This document shows, piece after piece, positions 46,470 to 59,784 of a DNA stretch of 64,000 bases (the stretch's first letter is position 1; each line of letters starts with the position of its first letter). Position numbers and translations under genes: made by a program. Location: contig NC_058368.1 in NCBI RefSeq assembly GCF_018350175.1, positions 75,890,001 through 75,954,000 on the forward strand. The letters are read 5' to 3'. The notes under the pieces are model-generated. The model was not told where the DNA came from. It saw nothing but the letters and a program-made list of their open reading frames with translations, and searched no databases. The stretch is from Felis catus. Taxonomy: Eukaryota.

Positions 46470-46681
46470 GGAGGCACCTAGATGGCTCAGTTGGTTGACT
46501 TTGTCTCAGGTCATGATTTCATGGTTCATGAGTTCAAGCCCTGCACTGGGATCACTGCTGTCACTGAAGAGCCTGCTTCAGATCCTCTGTCCCTCTCTCT
46601 CTGCCCCTCCCCTGCTTACACGTGCTCTTGCTCTCTCTCTCTCTCTCTCAAACATTTAAAAATAAATAAATACATAAAATA
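46470..46681 (+). mobile_element. Can-SINE
   Basis: TSD aaaattaccttca at 46457-46469 and 46682-46694. Confidence 0.93.
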
Positions 46682-47515
46682 AAAATTACCTTCACACGGT
46701 TTGTCAATGCAGTGGACATGCAGGAGACTTTCCTGTGTTTCAAGCTGAGGGTCACCACCCCCCCTGCCTGCCCAGCAAGACTGTGGCTGCTGTAGGGCCT
46801 GATGGTCAGGTGGTCAGGGCGCTGATGATCCTGTTGAATTGCCTCCTTTAAACCTGCTGCTGTTGGATTCCCCCAAAAGTAATGGGACATTCCCTGCTGA
46901 ATCCTCCGGGATGCACCTGCCACTGGGCTGAAAATACTCCCGTGCAGGTAGGTGATCCCTCCCCCGCAGCCTTCCCAGCCAGGGTGAATGCACCCACTGC
47001 AGCTGTCCTCCTGAGTTTCCTCCCTACAATCCTGGACTTCCGGTGATGTCCCTCCAGCTTCTTTCTGCAGAGCTCCCCTCACTGGCCAGGGCCTTCGTAG
47101 ACAAGACTCAGAAGATCCCAGGCTGTACCGTCACACAAAGTTTACACAGGACTCTAAAGAGCAGTGCCATTTGGGCTCTCATCAGTGGGAACGCCAAGCC
47201 TTCCAAGCTGCAGCTTCTCCCCTCCTGGGGTGGGTCTCCTGATCGTCTCTCACCCTTTAATGTGCTTTCTGGAGAAAAGCTAACACTTCCGTGGCCCCTG
47301 AGGTGCATATCACACACACTGTGTTTTCTCGGACAGGGAGAAGAGGCGGGGGACATCTACCATCTCGCCAAGGAGAGACTGCATCTTCCTTTATACCCTC
47401 CACGTAGGTACATGGAGATTGGGCAACACTGGTTGGAGGCTTCTTTGCACGTCAGCACTTGGTGAAACTGACACTCTCTTGAAATCCACCTGTCACTTCT
47501 CACGGAGGATTTTTA

Positions 47516-47518
<3 letters not shown>

Positions 47519-47560
<42 letters not shown>

Positions 47561-47605
47561 TCCCTCTTTTTTTCTTTCATTCTTTCTCTCTCTCTCTTTT
47601 TTTTT
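47519..47605. repeat. (CT)n / pyrimidine-rich simple repeat
   Basis: Direct inspection. Confidence 0.9.
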
Positions 47606-47619
47606 GGTGGTATGAAAGT

Positions 47620-49200
47620 TTTACTGTAATTGTGTAAGATTCACAGGTTTTCTTGAAGATATCGAATACTGTCATTCACCAGTTCTGGATAATTCTCAGA
47701 TACAGTCAATTTCTCTCTCTACTGTGTTTGGAACTCAAGGGAGCAGTCAGTGAATCCTTCACACTCTTTCTTGTGTGCATGCTAGGTTGTCCTTCCCAAT
47801 CTTCATTTCTGAGCTTGTCTGTGCTGCATTCTAGAAGATTCCACCTCTTTCAGTCTAGGAGGTGTCAGTGGTGACTTTCCGGCTGCCATATGCAATTCCA
47901 TCTGTTGTTTCACAGCTGAAGTTCCGCTTGGTTCTTCTTAAAATCAGCTTGTTTATTCTTCATGCTTCCTTTCTCCGTGATTATAGAGTTGACCCTTGAA
48001 CAGCACGAGCTCCCCACACACTCAAGAATCTGTGCATAACTTCTGGCTCCCCCAAAACTACCAAGAGCCCACTGTTGACCTGAACCCTTAGTGATAACAT
48101 AAACAGTCTATTTACACATATTTGGTATGTTACATGTATTATATACTGTGTCCTTACAATAAAGTAATACAGAGAAAAGAAAATATAATTAAGAGAATCA
48201 TAAGGAAGAGAAAACACATTTACAATATGTACTATATTTATTCAAAAATATTCGCACGCAAGTGGGCCCACGCCATTCAAACCTGTGTTGTTCAAGTGAT
48301 AACTCGATTTTCAAACTAGCCTTCTATTCTTAAACATATGAAATATAGTTATATGTTTTTATTTCTGTTCTGTTGGTGACTGCAGGAATATCTGATTTTT
48401 TACTGGCTTGGTTTTCAATACTTCTTGTTTTTGCAGAATTTCACTCATTCATTTCTTCTTTCTTCCTTCTTTAGTGAAATCTGACCGTGAGGATACATTT
48501 TCTCTACAGGAAATCTTGGAGTTCTGGAATAAAATACTCCAAAAAAGGATTTGTATTGCTGCTGCATATTAAATTTACTTTACAATGAAGTTGGGAGTTT
48601 TTGTGTTTTATATATGTATGTATTTTTCTCACGCAGAGAAGGTGAATGTCAAGTGTAGCTCTTTTATTTTCTGTCTTTTTTCTCCTGGATGGCTGGGAGG
48701 TGTGTGTGTGTGTGAGTGCACATGTACGTCTGTGTACGTCTGTGTGTGTACCTGCATTTACCTTCCATGCGGTATCAAGTTTAAGGACAGGGTGCGTACT
48801 TCGTATCACCTGAAGAAACAGGTTGATGGTAGTTCTGGTTTACCAGTACACCAGGGACTTAGTCTTCTGATGGTTCCGGCTCATTGCCACACTTGTCCAA
48901 ATAGACGACCACCTTTTACTGGCCCTGGAGGTTCTGTCTTATTTCTTGCTTCCTGAGAGGCTGTGCAAACCAATCTGAAACAACATTTTTGGCAAATTTC
49001 CTCAAGGTCAAGCCTATTTTGGAGTTTCACATCCCTCTCTAGGTTTCTTTCTGTACTTGGCTGTCAGCTGAGAATTCTTTCCTTCTTGTACACTGCTTCA
49101 TGCAGGAAACATATATTTTCCACAACTTTTTAGGCTTTTTTCTTAGTGGAACGATCAGTGAATTACCTTGTGCCCCATATTGCCAGAAGTGGAAAATTGT
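47620..49200 (-). mobile_element. Degraded ancient L1ME/HAL1-like 5' region, interrupted by a Tigger
   Basis: T-rich ORF1-like antisense sequence; terminal gaattaccttgtgccccatattgccagaagtggaa resembles an old L1 5' end. Confidence 0.45.
47984..48306. mobile_element. Tigger2-like TcMar MITE
   Basis: TIRs agttgacccttgaacagcac ... gtgttgttcaagtgataact; internal gataacataaacagtc...gtattatatactgt...aagagaatcataaggaagagaaaa. Confidence 0.88.
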
Positions 49201-50727
49201 GCAGAGAGGACTTAACTTCAGAAAAAAAAAATGTAATGAAATCCTGCAAATGAACAAATGCTTCACAAAATGTAGTCTTTGTCTGCCCAATGCCCCTCGC
49301 CTACTTTATGTTTGTTATTAAAATAAAGCAATAGGTTGTTTTCCTTCCCAGATCTCTTTAACTGAATTGTGAACTTGCAATTTGACACAGATTTGGAAAT
49401 AATTTATGTATTTATGTACTGCTTAAAAAATGTTCTGGAAGTATACTGGATAATTGACATACGCAGGTTTTAACAGCAATAGTACCACAGTGAGGAGAAG
49501 CTGGTGTATAATAATGAAACACACTGCATAATTCTTGACAAATAAGTAGCAGATTTCCATTTTATCAATTTAACAGACTTTTTAGCGGTGGGGTGCATGT
49601 TTTTTTTTATTTTTACTTTCTTATGAGTTTATGTGGTTGGCTATAAATTAGAATATCCTAATTGCTTTCATTAGGGGCATTTGGGACACATTCTATATGG
49701 ATTCCACTATACAGAGCCCATTCTTCGCAGGTTTCAGTGTTTATGGCTTTAGAAATGCTGCCACTCCGAGCCCTAGGAAAGGAAGTATTCGGATATTAAA
49801 CTTAGCTAGTTCCTACAACATGGCCATCCATGCCATTGATGACTGATAAATGTTTACGGATTGAGTAATCTGTGTAATTAATCTTAATTTCTGGCTGCTG
49901 AATGCAGTTGGAGAAAGGAAAAGATCCTTTCCTGGATCAGGTTCTTTATTTTGAGCTAACACCTACCTCACACCGGTGTGCCTTTGCAGAGGACAACCGT
50001 TCCTGTGACATTACACATGGGTCACTGAAACTAACTCAGGATGAGCTTCCTTGGAATAGCGACCCTTTGGGTAGCTTTGCTTTAGAGGCAAGAACACAGG
50101 CAGGGATTTACTAATGCCTTAGCCAGAAATCCTTGAGAATACATATGTATTCCAGCTTTCCACATGCCTAGCACGCATTCTCCAGACTAACACAAAGTCC
50201 CTACAAATTTCTCATGTCCAAGTTCTGCTGAGCACTCAGCATCGGGCTAGAAATTTGCGCTCAGCTTTGCAATCTTACCCCTCGTCTGCTTCTCTGCCTG
50301 GTTTCCCGATTCCTGTTTCACAAAAGCCCGTCTGACTTCAGTGCACCCACATTCTACTTCCAGTCCTCTGCCCCGAGGGGGTCCGAAGACACTATCTCCA
50401 CCTGTTTCATTGAGGAAGCTGAAACCCATATCACCTTCCCATTCACAAATGTACAGACCTTGGCAGTTTCCCTCCCTCCCCCTTCCTCCAGGCCTACCTC
50501 GTTTCTTTGCATGTAATGGATATGGTGGCCTAGACGGCCGAGATGAACAAAATAAAATACAAATAGAAAGCCGTGGGAGTGTGTTTCCACTCAAATGGCA
50601 TCCAGTGATGGGAACAGACCCTGCTTCCTTCCACGACATGACTCACCTTCCAGCAGCCTCTGTGTCCACTGGAAGAAGAGAGAGAGCGTGGGGAGCACGC
50701 CTGCTTCATAAAAGCTGTTGCCCTGAA

Positions 50728-50947
50728 GGGGCGGCCTGGGTGGCTCAGTCGGTTGAGCGTCCGACTTCGGCTCAGGTCATGATCTCGAGGTCTGGGAGTT
50801 CGAGCCCCACGTCGGGCTCTGTGCTAACAGCTCAGAGCCTGGAGCCTGCTTCGGATTCTGTGTCTCCCTCTCTCTCTGCTCTTAACCCACTCGCTCTCTC
50901 TCTCACTGTCTCTCAAAAATAAATAAACATTAAAAAAAATTTAAAAA
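50728..50947 (+). mobile_element. Can-SINE
   Basis: Perfect 18-bp TSD aaaagctgttgccctgaa at 50710-50727 and 50948-50965. Confidence 0.97.
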
Positions 50948-51279
50948 AAAAGCTGTTGCCCTGAAGGACCCCACATCACCTTCAAGGCTAGAACTCAGTC
51001 ACATGCCAACCTAACTGAAAGGATGTCTGAGGAATGAGTCTCACTGGGAGGAGACACAGTCCGAAGAGAAACGGGATTTATGGATGTGTGGAGTGATGGC
51101 CACTCTTCCAGATGACCCGTCCCTGCCTGTGCCACCCCACTGTTTCACCTCCACCTCAGAGCTTTGCTTTCCTTTCTTCTGCTGTGTCTATAACCACCCC
51201 TCCTCACCTGGCTTCTCCGTATCTCATCCACACGGCACATCTCATCTTAAGAAATTCTTGTCTTCCCTCCCTTTTACTG

Positions 51280-52150
51280 CCTCTTCTCTAAACAGCAGTC
51301 ATCACAGCGCCTGTGGTTGATCAACGTCATTTCCATCGGCTACGCTAGCTGTAGCCACCACTCTCCTCCAGGCTCTTCTTTGAAATACCATGGCTATTCT
51401 GCATCCCGGGTCTCTGATGACAGTACCCGAGAAATAACTATCAGTGACCTTGCTGTCATATTCGGTAAGTTCTCTTGTTTCCCGCTTTGCTTCACAACTC
51501 TCCAGCATCACCCGCCGCTGACAATTCCTTTCTTTGTTTCCATGGCCCTTTGTTTCCACGTTTTGCTTATTCCGGCCAGTTTTACAGCCTCTCCCGAGCC
51601 ATCTCCTATAGCTCTCTTCTCTCGGCACTCTCAAAGTTTTACTACTACTTTATCATCACCGAATCACTTCAACGACTACTCTTCTCGGGGTTACAGCCAA
51701 ATGCCTTGCTTACTTCTACGCTTCGTCATTCCCCATGTTCAAGCCCCGCGTGTTGGCCTGCCCATCAGACACCACCAACCTGTGGTCTCGCAGACACTTC
51801 AAACTCAACCTGACGTCCCTGAGGTCATCACTCTTACCGACACGCAGGTGTCCATTCCCCTCTGGATGTCACCACCCATACCCCCAGTAGCCCACGCTGG
51901 AGAACTTAATTCACTTTCTTCCTTCCCATCGTGCAGGGTTAAACGGGGTACAGTTGTGTGAGCACTCCCTTCTTCATATCCCCGGTGCCTTCACCTCCCA
52001 CCCGCATTGCCACTGTCATGTTCTGACTGTACTGTGGCATCACCTTCCCTATCTGTTCTCCGGATTGACAACAAAGGCAACCTCTGAAAAATGTAAGGCC
52101 GCTTAGATCATTGCCTTGTCTAAGCTTTTCAACAACTCTCGTTATACGGG
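51280..52150 (+). mobile_element. LINE-2 fragment
   Basis: gcagacacttcaaactcaac, gtcaccacccatacccccagtagccca, ttagatcattgccttgtctaagc are L2-like pyrimidine-rich motifs. Confidence 0.6.
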
Positions 52151-52151
52151 G

Positions 52152-52752
52152 TGTATGTGTTTTCTACTGTTGCATAACAAGTTCAACAACACACTAAATG
52201 GCTTAAGATAGCTGGCTTGTACTATCTCACATTTCTTTGCATCAGAAGTCTTGGGGGGGGAAGATGTTCACTGGGTCCTCTGCTCAGGGTCTCACAAAGG
52301 CCAAAATCAAGGTGTCAAGAAGCTGGATGCTCATTGAGAAACTCTGGAAAATATCTGCTCTCAAGATCATTCGGGTTGTTGGCAGAAGGTGGATCTATGG
52401 TTGGAGCCCTGGAGGAGTTCCTGCCTGGCAGTCAGCCAGGGGTCATTAGCAGCTTTTAGAGGCCACCTGAATTCCTTGTCCTTTGGCTCCTTCATTTCCC
52501 GAGCATCAATGGCACATTGAGACTTTCCTGTATTCCTCCTGTCCTTTATCTCTCTCCATTCCTCACCTGCTTTTAAAGGCTCATGCAATAACACTGGGCC
52601 TGCCCACAGCATCCAGGATCATCTGTTTTAAGGTCAGTTGGTGAGTGACATTAATTATACCTGCAAAGCCCCATGTGCCATGCACATACCACAACCATGA
52701 GTGTGACACCAGAAGGTGAATGTCATAGGAAATGAAATTATGCCTACCACAC
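52152..52752 (-). mobile_element. MaLR LTR (MLT1E-like)
   Basis: ctgggtcctctgctcagggtctcacaaaggccaaaatcaaggtgtc...gttgttggcagaa...gcttttaaaggctcatg...tgcctaccaca. Confidence 0.85.
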
Positions 52753-52849
52753 TGGGTAAGGTTCAATCTGCTTAGCACGGCATACAAGGAGAGCTCTTTT
52801 GATTCACTTCTTACCTTATTCCAGGTTTCCCACTTACCCGACATCTACA

Positions 52850-52976
52850 AAGACCATATATCTCAGTTTCCCTGGGACAGTTCTGATTTATGCATGTTAA
52901 TCTAGGATAAAAATGAATAGCATCCTTTCAATATCCCAATGTGTCCCAGTTTGGACAATAAATGAAACGGTCACTG
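52850..52976 (-). mobile_element. MER94-like hAT-Blackjack MITE
   Basis: gaccatatatctcagtttccctgggacagt...gtgtcccagtttggacaataaat...ggtcac. Confidence 0.7.
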
Positions 52977-53344
52977 TTGTGGACTCTCTGTGTCATTCTA
53001 GAATTCCTATGTTGAAGCCCAACTTCCCCCTAAGTGAGTCATTACAGTTAAATGAGATCAGAAGTGTGGGCCCTCATCCAACAGTGGTAGTGCCTTCTAA
53101 GAGGATATGACAGAGAACTACCTCTCCCTCCCTCTGTGTGTACACACACTGAGAAAAGGCCATGTGAGGACACAGAGAAAAGAGATGGTCCTATGCAAGC
53201 CAGGAAGAGAATCCTCACCAGAAATTCAATCCTGCTAACCCTTGACCTAGACTTTTAGCCTCCACGACTGTGATGAAATAAATCTCTGTATTTAAGTTCC
53301 CAGCCTATGGCCTTTTGTTATGGTGGCCCTCGTCGACTGAGGTA
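52977..53344 (+). mobile_element. MaLR LTR (MLT1A-like)
   Basis: aattcctatgttgaagccc...gccatgtgaggacacagagaa...gcaagccaggaagaga...ttttgttatggtggccc. Confidence 0.85.
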
Positions 53345-55229
53345 GTCACATACCTATATCCCATATCCTTCCCCTTGTTCCTTACTTCCTGGTTTCCAGA
53401 AATTAGAAACCTTCCAGAATTCCTTGACTTTGTTTTCTCCGCTCCTCAGAATGTCCTTGTCTTTGTTGTCTGTCAGGAATTTTCTCATTTCATAGACTCA
53501 GACCCCTCTTCTGTGAAGCCACCTTCACAGCCAATCCTGAAAATGCTTCACTCCTTCCTTTTCCTCATCCCTAGATTTTCCATATCACTCTCACAGCAAC
53601 TAAGACGTTTCCTCATTAATCATCTCTTCCCTTCCTGGGTTATACTTTCCCAAGCCTATGCACTGCACCTTAGCTTGATATTGCCATGTTCTAAAAGACT
53701 CAACGAATGTCTGGTCCTTCCAGTGATTCCATCTGAAAAGGAAATATGTGGAAGAGACACTGAAAAGAAACTTGTTGTGGCTCTACTGAGTATGTTTGGC
53801 AAGAAAAGCCCAAAGGAAGGCTTCCAGTCAGGTGACTTAGATATAAGTTAGACCCGACCATCTCAGTGTATCACCAGCTGGGATGAAGACAGAGAACCCA
53901 GCACTGGGAGAGCCATCAACCATCAACATGGCACATGAGATGTAGCTGACCCACTCTAGGATGGCTTTGGAAGGAAAGGGATTTCCACTAGATTTATTTT
54001 CTGAAGTTCTGGGGGCTCTGGTTCTCAGCCAGTCCGAGTAATTTTACCACTCACTGAAGTACGGAGAAGGTGGGTCAATACATCGGTCAACTTTCCCTTT
54101 GCGCCCCTTGGGACAGCGACGGAGCAGCTGGCACTAGATGGTCATTGGCAAGAGGTGTGGTGAGCTGTAGAAGAGGAAATGGTGAGCGGAGTCACGGGAC
54201 AGGCTTCCCCTGGCCTGTCTGTTTGAATGCCAGAGCGGTGGGAAAGAACCATGCTGTCTTCAAACATATCAGAAAGCAGACTGACTGACGAGCAGACGAC
54301 GTGATGTCCCTCGCATTGCTGTGAACCACCAGCCTGCTCTAAACGCTGTACATTGATGATAGGGGTGTAATTGGCCGAATGCAGTAAAATGTCAGTTGTA
54401 CATGGCAGAATCAGCGTTTGCTGTGCATGGCAAACTCTGTGGAATGGGTGCGTGCTGTAGCTTGGTGTTTTCTATGCAAGGTAGATGCTAAGCTCCGTTT
54501 CCTAAAGCTCAGCAAAATGAATCAAAAACCTTCCCATGTGGGAAAGCATCTCCACACTCCACATATTCCTCGGGAGGAAAAAAAAAAACCATCATGATTG
54601 GCAAATACGGTCAAATAAATGTGCGTTTCCAAACGAGACTGCTTAGACAAGATTTTTTGTAAGAAATCCCGTGCTCGGTGTTTGGCTTTATTACAACCCT
54701 CCACCTCATTTTTTCCCCTTAGGACCTGTGATAAAACTGTGTCTTCGGGGTATCTTTGTGGCGGAATGGACTGAACAGCTCCTTGAAATATAATAGCATT
54801 TTTGGTACTACAACATAGTCAATGGTTTATTCGGTAGTCAAATTACAGCCTTTTTTCTAATACGGGGAAACAAGGCGATGCTAAATCCCTTGTAGTTGAG
54901 AGGCTCATAGGTCTTTTTATGACAGAATGTAAAATCTCTACAAGTAAACTTATTTAGCAAATAATTATTATCCCAATAATTTTTACATTTTTTAAAAGAA
55001 CTACAACCTAGTCACGATCTGTCTTTAATTTGTGTAACTAACTAGTGAACAGCACGTTCCATGAGGCCGTGCGGAGATGTGTTTTCCTTATATTCCAAGT
55101 GTCTTAGAAGGGAAAGAAAGAAGGAACGCGGCATGTACTGGACCCTCCTATATGATGTGTGCCTTTATGTTTTCTCACTGAATCCTCCTTCTAATAATAC
55201 ATAATGTTAATTATGAATCCGCACTGCCT

Positions 55230-55380
55230 AACATGGGTGCTTCGTACGGATGGTCTCCCTGAAGCCTCACAATCCTCCATGGGGCAGATGATACTTTCAT
55301 TATTTTATAGATGACATGTCACATGGGGAAGTAACTAGCATGAATATACCCTTTAGGTAGCAGAGATGAAATGACCCTAG
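55230..55380 (-). mobile_element. MIR fragment
   Basis: gcctcacaatcctccatggggcagatgatact...attttatagatgac. Confidence 0.55.
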
Positions 55381-55699
55381 GTAGGTCTTTCCCTAGGTAC
55401 AGAGATGACAGGATCATCTGTACAGAGTGTCAAAAAAGTTGACAGCGAGACCCAGTATTTTACTGGCTTTAAGTGGAAATCCTTGGATTTGGACCATGTT
55501 CTGTATTACCTCAAAGTCAATGTTATTTAGAGCATGTTGGGGAACCCCTGTTGGGAATAGGGGAGTGCCATATTAAGCTCCTAACAAGAGATACCAAAAA
55601 TGTCCAGCAGAATCTGGCGCACGAGAACTACTTCTATTTCACAGCTTGTCACAGTAATTCTTCGATCTTATTTACTAGCAGAGATATATTTATGCATGG

Positions 55700-56105
55700 A
55701 GGCTTCTGAACCACATGGCATTGCTGGAAGTCTGTCTGACACTCAGGGGCAGACAGACTGGTCTGAAAAGTCCAAGATGGCTACCCTCACATAACCAGCA
55801 TCTTAGCAGGACAGCTGGGATTCTGGACTTGGCTGGAACGTCAGATAAGAACATCTCCATGTGTCCTCCCCAGAACGGTATTCTTACGTGGCATCTCAGG
55901 TCTTATGGAGAGAATGGTCAAGTGAGCTAGAAAAATGCTGCAAGGTTTCTTAGGATCTGGCCTCAGAAGTCCCAGAACATCATTTTATCCTGCATTCTTT
56001 TGGATAAGAAGTCACTGAAACGAGCCCACAATCAAGATGAGAGAATTAGATGCCATATTTCAATGGAAGGAACAGCAAACAATTGGAGGTAATCTTCAGT
56101 TTCCC
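55700..56105 (-). mobile_element. Old MaLR LTR (MLT1H-like)
   Basis: tccaagatggctaccctcacat...gctgcaaggtttcttaggatctggcctcagaagtcccagaacatcatt. Confidence 0.65.
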
Positions 56106-56622
56106 AGGGGAAGAAAAGTATTATCAAACTGTCAGTAAACAGAAAATTGCATTGTTCATTATGGCAAAGTAACCGCTCTAGGACTAGCCTTCCTGCTGTA
56201 AACAGCCATTAATAACTATTATTATGATTATGATCATGACAATAATAATAATAATAGATGCAATGAATTGTAACTCATCACATATCACCTGGCTAAAATA
56301 CTTATTTTAAAACTATGGCAATTAAGACATAAAGATAGACATATCCATCAATGAAACAGTATAGAGAAAGCAAAGATAAAAATAGACAAACATTGCTATT
56401 TGACTTTTGACAAAATCAGAAATCAATCAGGTAAAGAGCAAACAAAATCTCTCTATAATTCAATAGGAAAAAGGCAAGAAAAAAATACTCTTTATAATGA
56501 ATGGTGGTAGAAACAGATAGCCATAGGGAAAGTCTGAACTCCATCATACTTCATGCCGTAAAAAAGCATAGATGACAATGTAAAAATTATATCACAAAAT
56601 TTATAATAGAAGATGTAGGAGA

Positions 56623-56843
56623 GGGGAACCCAGGTGGCTCAGTCGGTCAAGTGTCTGACTCTTGTTTTTGGCTCAGGTCGTGATCTTGCGATGTTTGAGT
56701 TCGAGCCCCTCGCCAGGCTCTGGGCTGATGGTGCTGAGCCTGTTTGAGATGCTCTCTCTCCTTCTTTCTTTGCCCCTCCCCCACTTGTTCTCACACACAC
56801 ACTCTCTCTCTCAAAATGAATAAATAAATCAACTTAAAGAAAA
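56623..56843 (+). mobile_element. Can-SINE, older subfamily
   Basis: TSD agaa(g/a)atgtaggaga on both flanks. Confidence 0.92.
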
Positions 56844-57303
56844 AGAAAATGTAGGAGAAAATTTGCAGACCCTTGGTCTAAAAAAACACTTCTTAGCACA
56901 CGAAAGCACTAAGCTTAAAAACAAATGAAAAATCACACTTCAACAAGATGCAAACCTGCTCTTCAAAAGAGAACACAACAAACATGAAAAGATAAGCCAC
57001 TGACCAGGACAAAGATATTGCCAATGCATATATCTGATAAAGGACTCACACCCACAATACGTAAGGAACACTTAAAACTCAATAATATGAAGATAAAACC
57101 CCAATTTACCCCAATTTAAACAACAGGAAGTAATCACTTGAATGGATACAATGTAAAAAAAAAAGAGATATGAGTGGCCAATATGCACATAAAAAGATGT
57201 TCAAGATCATTATTCATCAAGGAAATCCAGACTAATCCTCGCCTACTAGAATGACTCAAGTTAGTTTTCTTACACTGCTAATGGGGGTGTAAGAGTACAC
57301 ATC

Positions 57304-57714
57304 TGTTGGGAGACAATCCTCCATGGATCTCTCCCACTGCTATACATTTTCTGGGTAGGCCTCACCCTCGTCTTTACCTGAGTCATCTCTCAGGGTTATA
57401 TTTACAACAGGGAACTTTGTGGGATGAAGAAATGTTTTTACTCAGGACAACATGCAGGGTTTTATACTGCTTCCCTTAAGGTGGAAGGTTCCCTGAATCA
57501 CTATATGTCCAGGCACTCGTCTGATCAGTCTCTGTCACTTTCGTGGGGCTTGGGGACAAAAGAAACCAACACAAACATGGTGTTCATGTTGCTGGTTGTA
57601 CTGTGAATAATGAAGGCTTTTTTCTCTGACCCAAGTGTCTCCTGTCTGCTTGTATGAAACTTGGATACGCTAACTTATTAGCTTGTAAGCACAGTAAAAC
57701 CCCAGGCCCTGATA
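57304..57714 (+). mobile_element. LTR40-like ERVL solo LTR
   Basis: Starts tgttgggagacaatcctccatggatctctc; ends tctctgacccaagtgtctc...ctaacttattagcttgtaag...gtaaaaccccaggccctgata. Confidence 0.8.
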
Positions 57715-58385
57715 GCAACCACCTACACAGAGTTTTGCCTTTTCTATTATAGATAAATATACATGTACCATATGACCTAGAAATTCCACTGGCAAGTATT
57801 TCTCTAAGAGCAATGAAACTGTGAACACAAAAAGAATCTTACCTTAATTTTTGTAGAACTTTATTAAATGTAATCCCAAATGGGTATACAATGTACTACT
57901 CAACAATATAAAAGAACAGACAACTGACACGACATGGATAAATCTCAAAACCACCATGTTGAGTGACAGAAGTCAGAAAGAAAAGAGCATCTACTATGTG
58001 ATTATATGAAGTTCTGAAACTGAAAAGTAATTTACAGTGATGGATTTCCATTCATTCATGGATGAAAAGTCAAGAGATCTGTCTTAGAGATGTGAAGCTT
58101 GAGACATATCTTGAGACCATCAAGTGGGAATGTTCAATATTCACTTAAATATTAATTTGTGAAGGAACACATTTTAGGATAGAGACTAATCTGGAACAAA
58201 AGCAGGAAAAAATAATGAAATTCTGGCCAGTGAAGCCAAAGATGGAAATATTTTATGAAGGCTGGAATGATCCAAAAGCCCTCTAGCAAAGCTAAGGGGT
58301 CCTCTAGCAGACTGAGAACTGGAAAAAGCGTCTGCTGCCTTTAGAGGCATGTATATTGCTAAGTATATTAAAAACTGTTTAAGAG

Positions 58386-58560
58386 GTGGGTGCCTGGGTG
58401 CCTCAGTTGGTTAAGCATCCAACCCTTGATTTTGGTTCAGGTCATGAATGTTCTTGCCATTGTGAAATGGAGCCCTGCGATGGGCTCCACACTGGGTGGA
58501 GCTTAAGATTCTCTCTCTCCCCCTCTCCCTCTGCCCCTCCCCAGCTTGCTTTCTCTCTGG
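58386..58560 (+). mobile_element. Can-SINE, older subfamily
   Basis: gggtgcctgggtgcctcagttggttaagcatcc...ttaagattctctctctccc. Confidence 0.88.
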
Positions 58561-58649
58561 AATGAAGGAAGGAAGGAAGGAAGGAAGGAAGGAAGGAAGG
58601 AAGGAAGGAAGGAGGGAGGGAGAAAGGAAGGGAAAGAAAGAAAGAATGA

Positions 58650-58695
<46 letters not shown>
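58561..58695 (+). repeat. (GAAG)n/(GAAA)n microsatellite
   Basis: Direct inspection; occupies the SINE tail position. Confidence 0.95.
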
Positions 58696-58696
<1 letters not shown>

Positions 58697-58723
58697 CTGT
58701 TTCAGTAATGGCTGGATAGAAAC

Positions 58724-58756
<33 letters not shown>

Positions 58757-59109
58757 GGTTGAGAGTCCATGAGAACTGATGAGCTGGAAATGGAGAGAAG
58801 AAAATTATTTTTGTAAAACCTGCTAATAAACAGCTTGTAAGCAACAGGCACAAGGTGAATAAAGTGCAGAGTATTCTTGGGTGGCTTTCAGTTTTTATTT
58901 TTCTTTTACTTGAAGAGACATCTGCACTACTGAAACTAACAGAAATCATACAGGAAGGAAACCAAGACTCATAATTTACTTAACATCTAAGTGGGGGAGA
59001 GGTAAGGATTTTCCCCTGCGGTGGAAATAGGCTCACATTTCCTGCTAGCGTGCATTGATAGAAGGCTAACACACTAGAAGGAGGTTGAATTTAAATAATA
59101 CCACTATCT

Positions 59110-59420
59110 GTTTTTGTCAGTTTTCCTTAGGTTAAGGTGTGCTATTAACCCCCAGATCTCAGAGCTTATAACAACCATTCATTCCTCGTTCATTTTTCAT
59201 TTCTGCTGTAGGGTGGCTATGAGTTTGTTCCTCAGGCCTTTCGACTCCAGAATCCAGACTGAAAGAGCAGCCTCCATTTGAAACACACGGTTCTCAGGGC
59301 AAAAGGGAAAAGTATGATAGAAAAGCCATGCAAAAGTCCAATGGTCGTTAAAGCTTTTAATCAGACATGGCAGGTGTCTTCTGTTTTTGTGAAGTGACAC
59401 TTTCCCAAGCACTCGAGAAA
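59110..59420 (-). mobile_element. Old MaLR LTR fragment (MLT1J/K-like)
   Basis: aacccccagatctcagagcttataacaa...ctccagaatccagactgaaagagcagcc. Confidence 0.55.
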
Positions 59421-59784
59421 AACAGGTTTACAAGCAAAGAGAACACAAGATGCAAAGACCGGAAGGCACAAAGTGAATATCCTTTTCCGGGAAGGGAAAT
59501 GCCAGCGAACAATTTTCGGAGGCGGGGTTACGACTGGAGAAATGAGCGCTAACACAAAGATGGGCCATCCGTGGAGAGCGTATTTGCTAAATACAGAGCT
59601 CAGTGTGGGACAAACACTGGCCGTCGTGATATCGCCACTGCATGGCGAAGTGGGTGGTTTAGTCTGATTTGGTAAATGATGGCGAGAAGTGTAGACCTTG
59701 TCTGGACGGCAGTGGCAAGACACTGCATTATTTAAACAACTAAATGATAGGATCTTTGTTCCACTGTAGAAAAAGAAAACCTCT

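Larger units (their letters stand above)
56290..58045 (+). mobile_element. Ancient L1M ORF2/3' fragment interrupted by a SINE and an LTR40-like element
   Basis: atagacatatccatcaatgaaacag, catatatctgataaaggact, gcacataaaaagatgttcaagatcatt, taccatatgacctagaaattccact, catggataaatctcaaaa. Confidence 0.85.

Noticed and set aside
46648..47465. GC-richer unique segment with 140-144 aa ORFs, a possible pseudogene
   Set aside because: Non-ATG starts, no recognisable domain in the frames I translated, no poly-A/TSD signature, and one ORF runs into a SINE tail. A BLASTx search would settle it.
50341..50922. 193-aa ORF
   Set aside because: GTG start, no recognisable domain, and its last third is SINE sequence.
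51317..51961. Longest ORF in the window (214 aa)
   Set aside because: TTG start within a pyrimidine-rich degraded LINE-2; S/P/H-biased with no recognisable intact RT motif.
53315..53851. 178-aa hydrophobic ORF
   Set aside because: Begins inside an MLT1 LTR; F/L/S/P bias reflects pyrimidine-rich DNA; no recognisable homology or exon structure.
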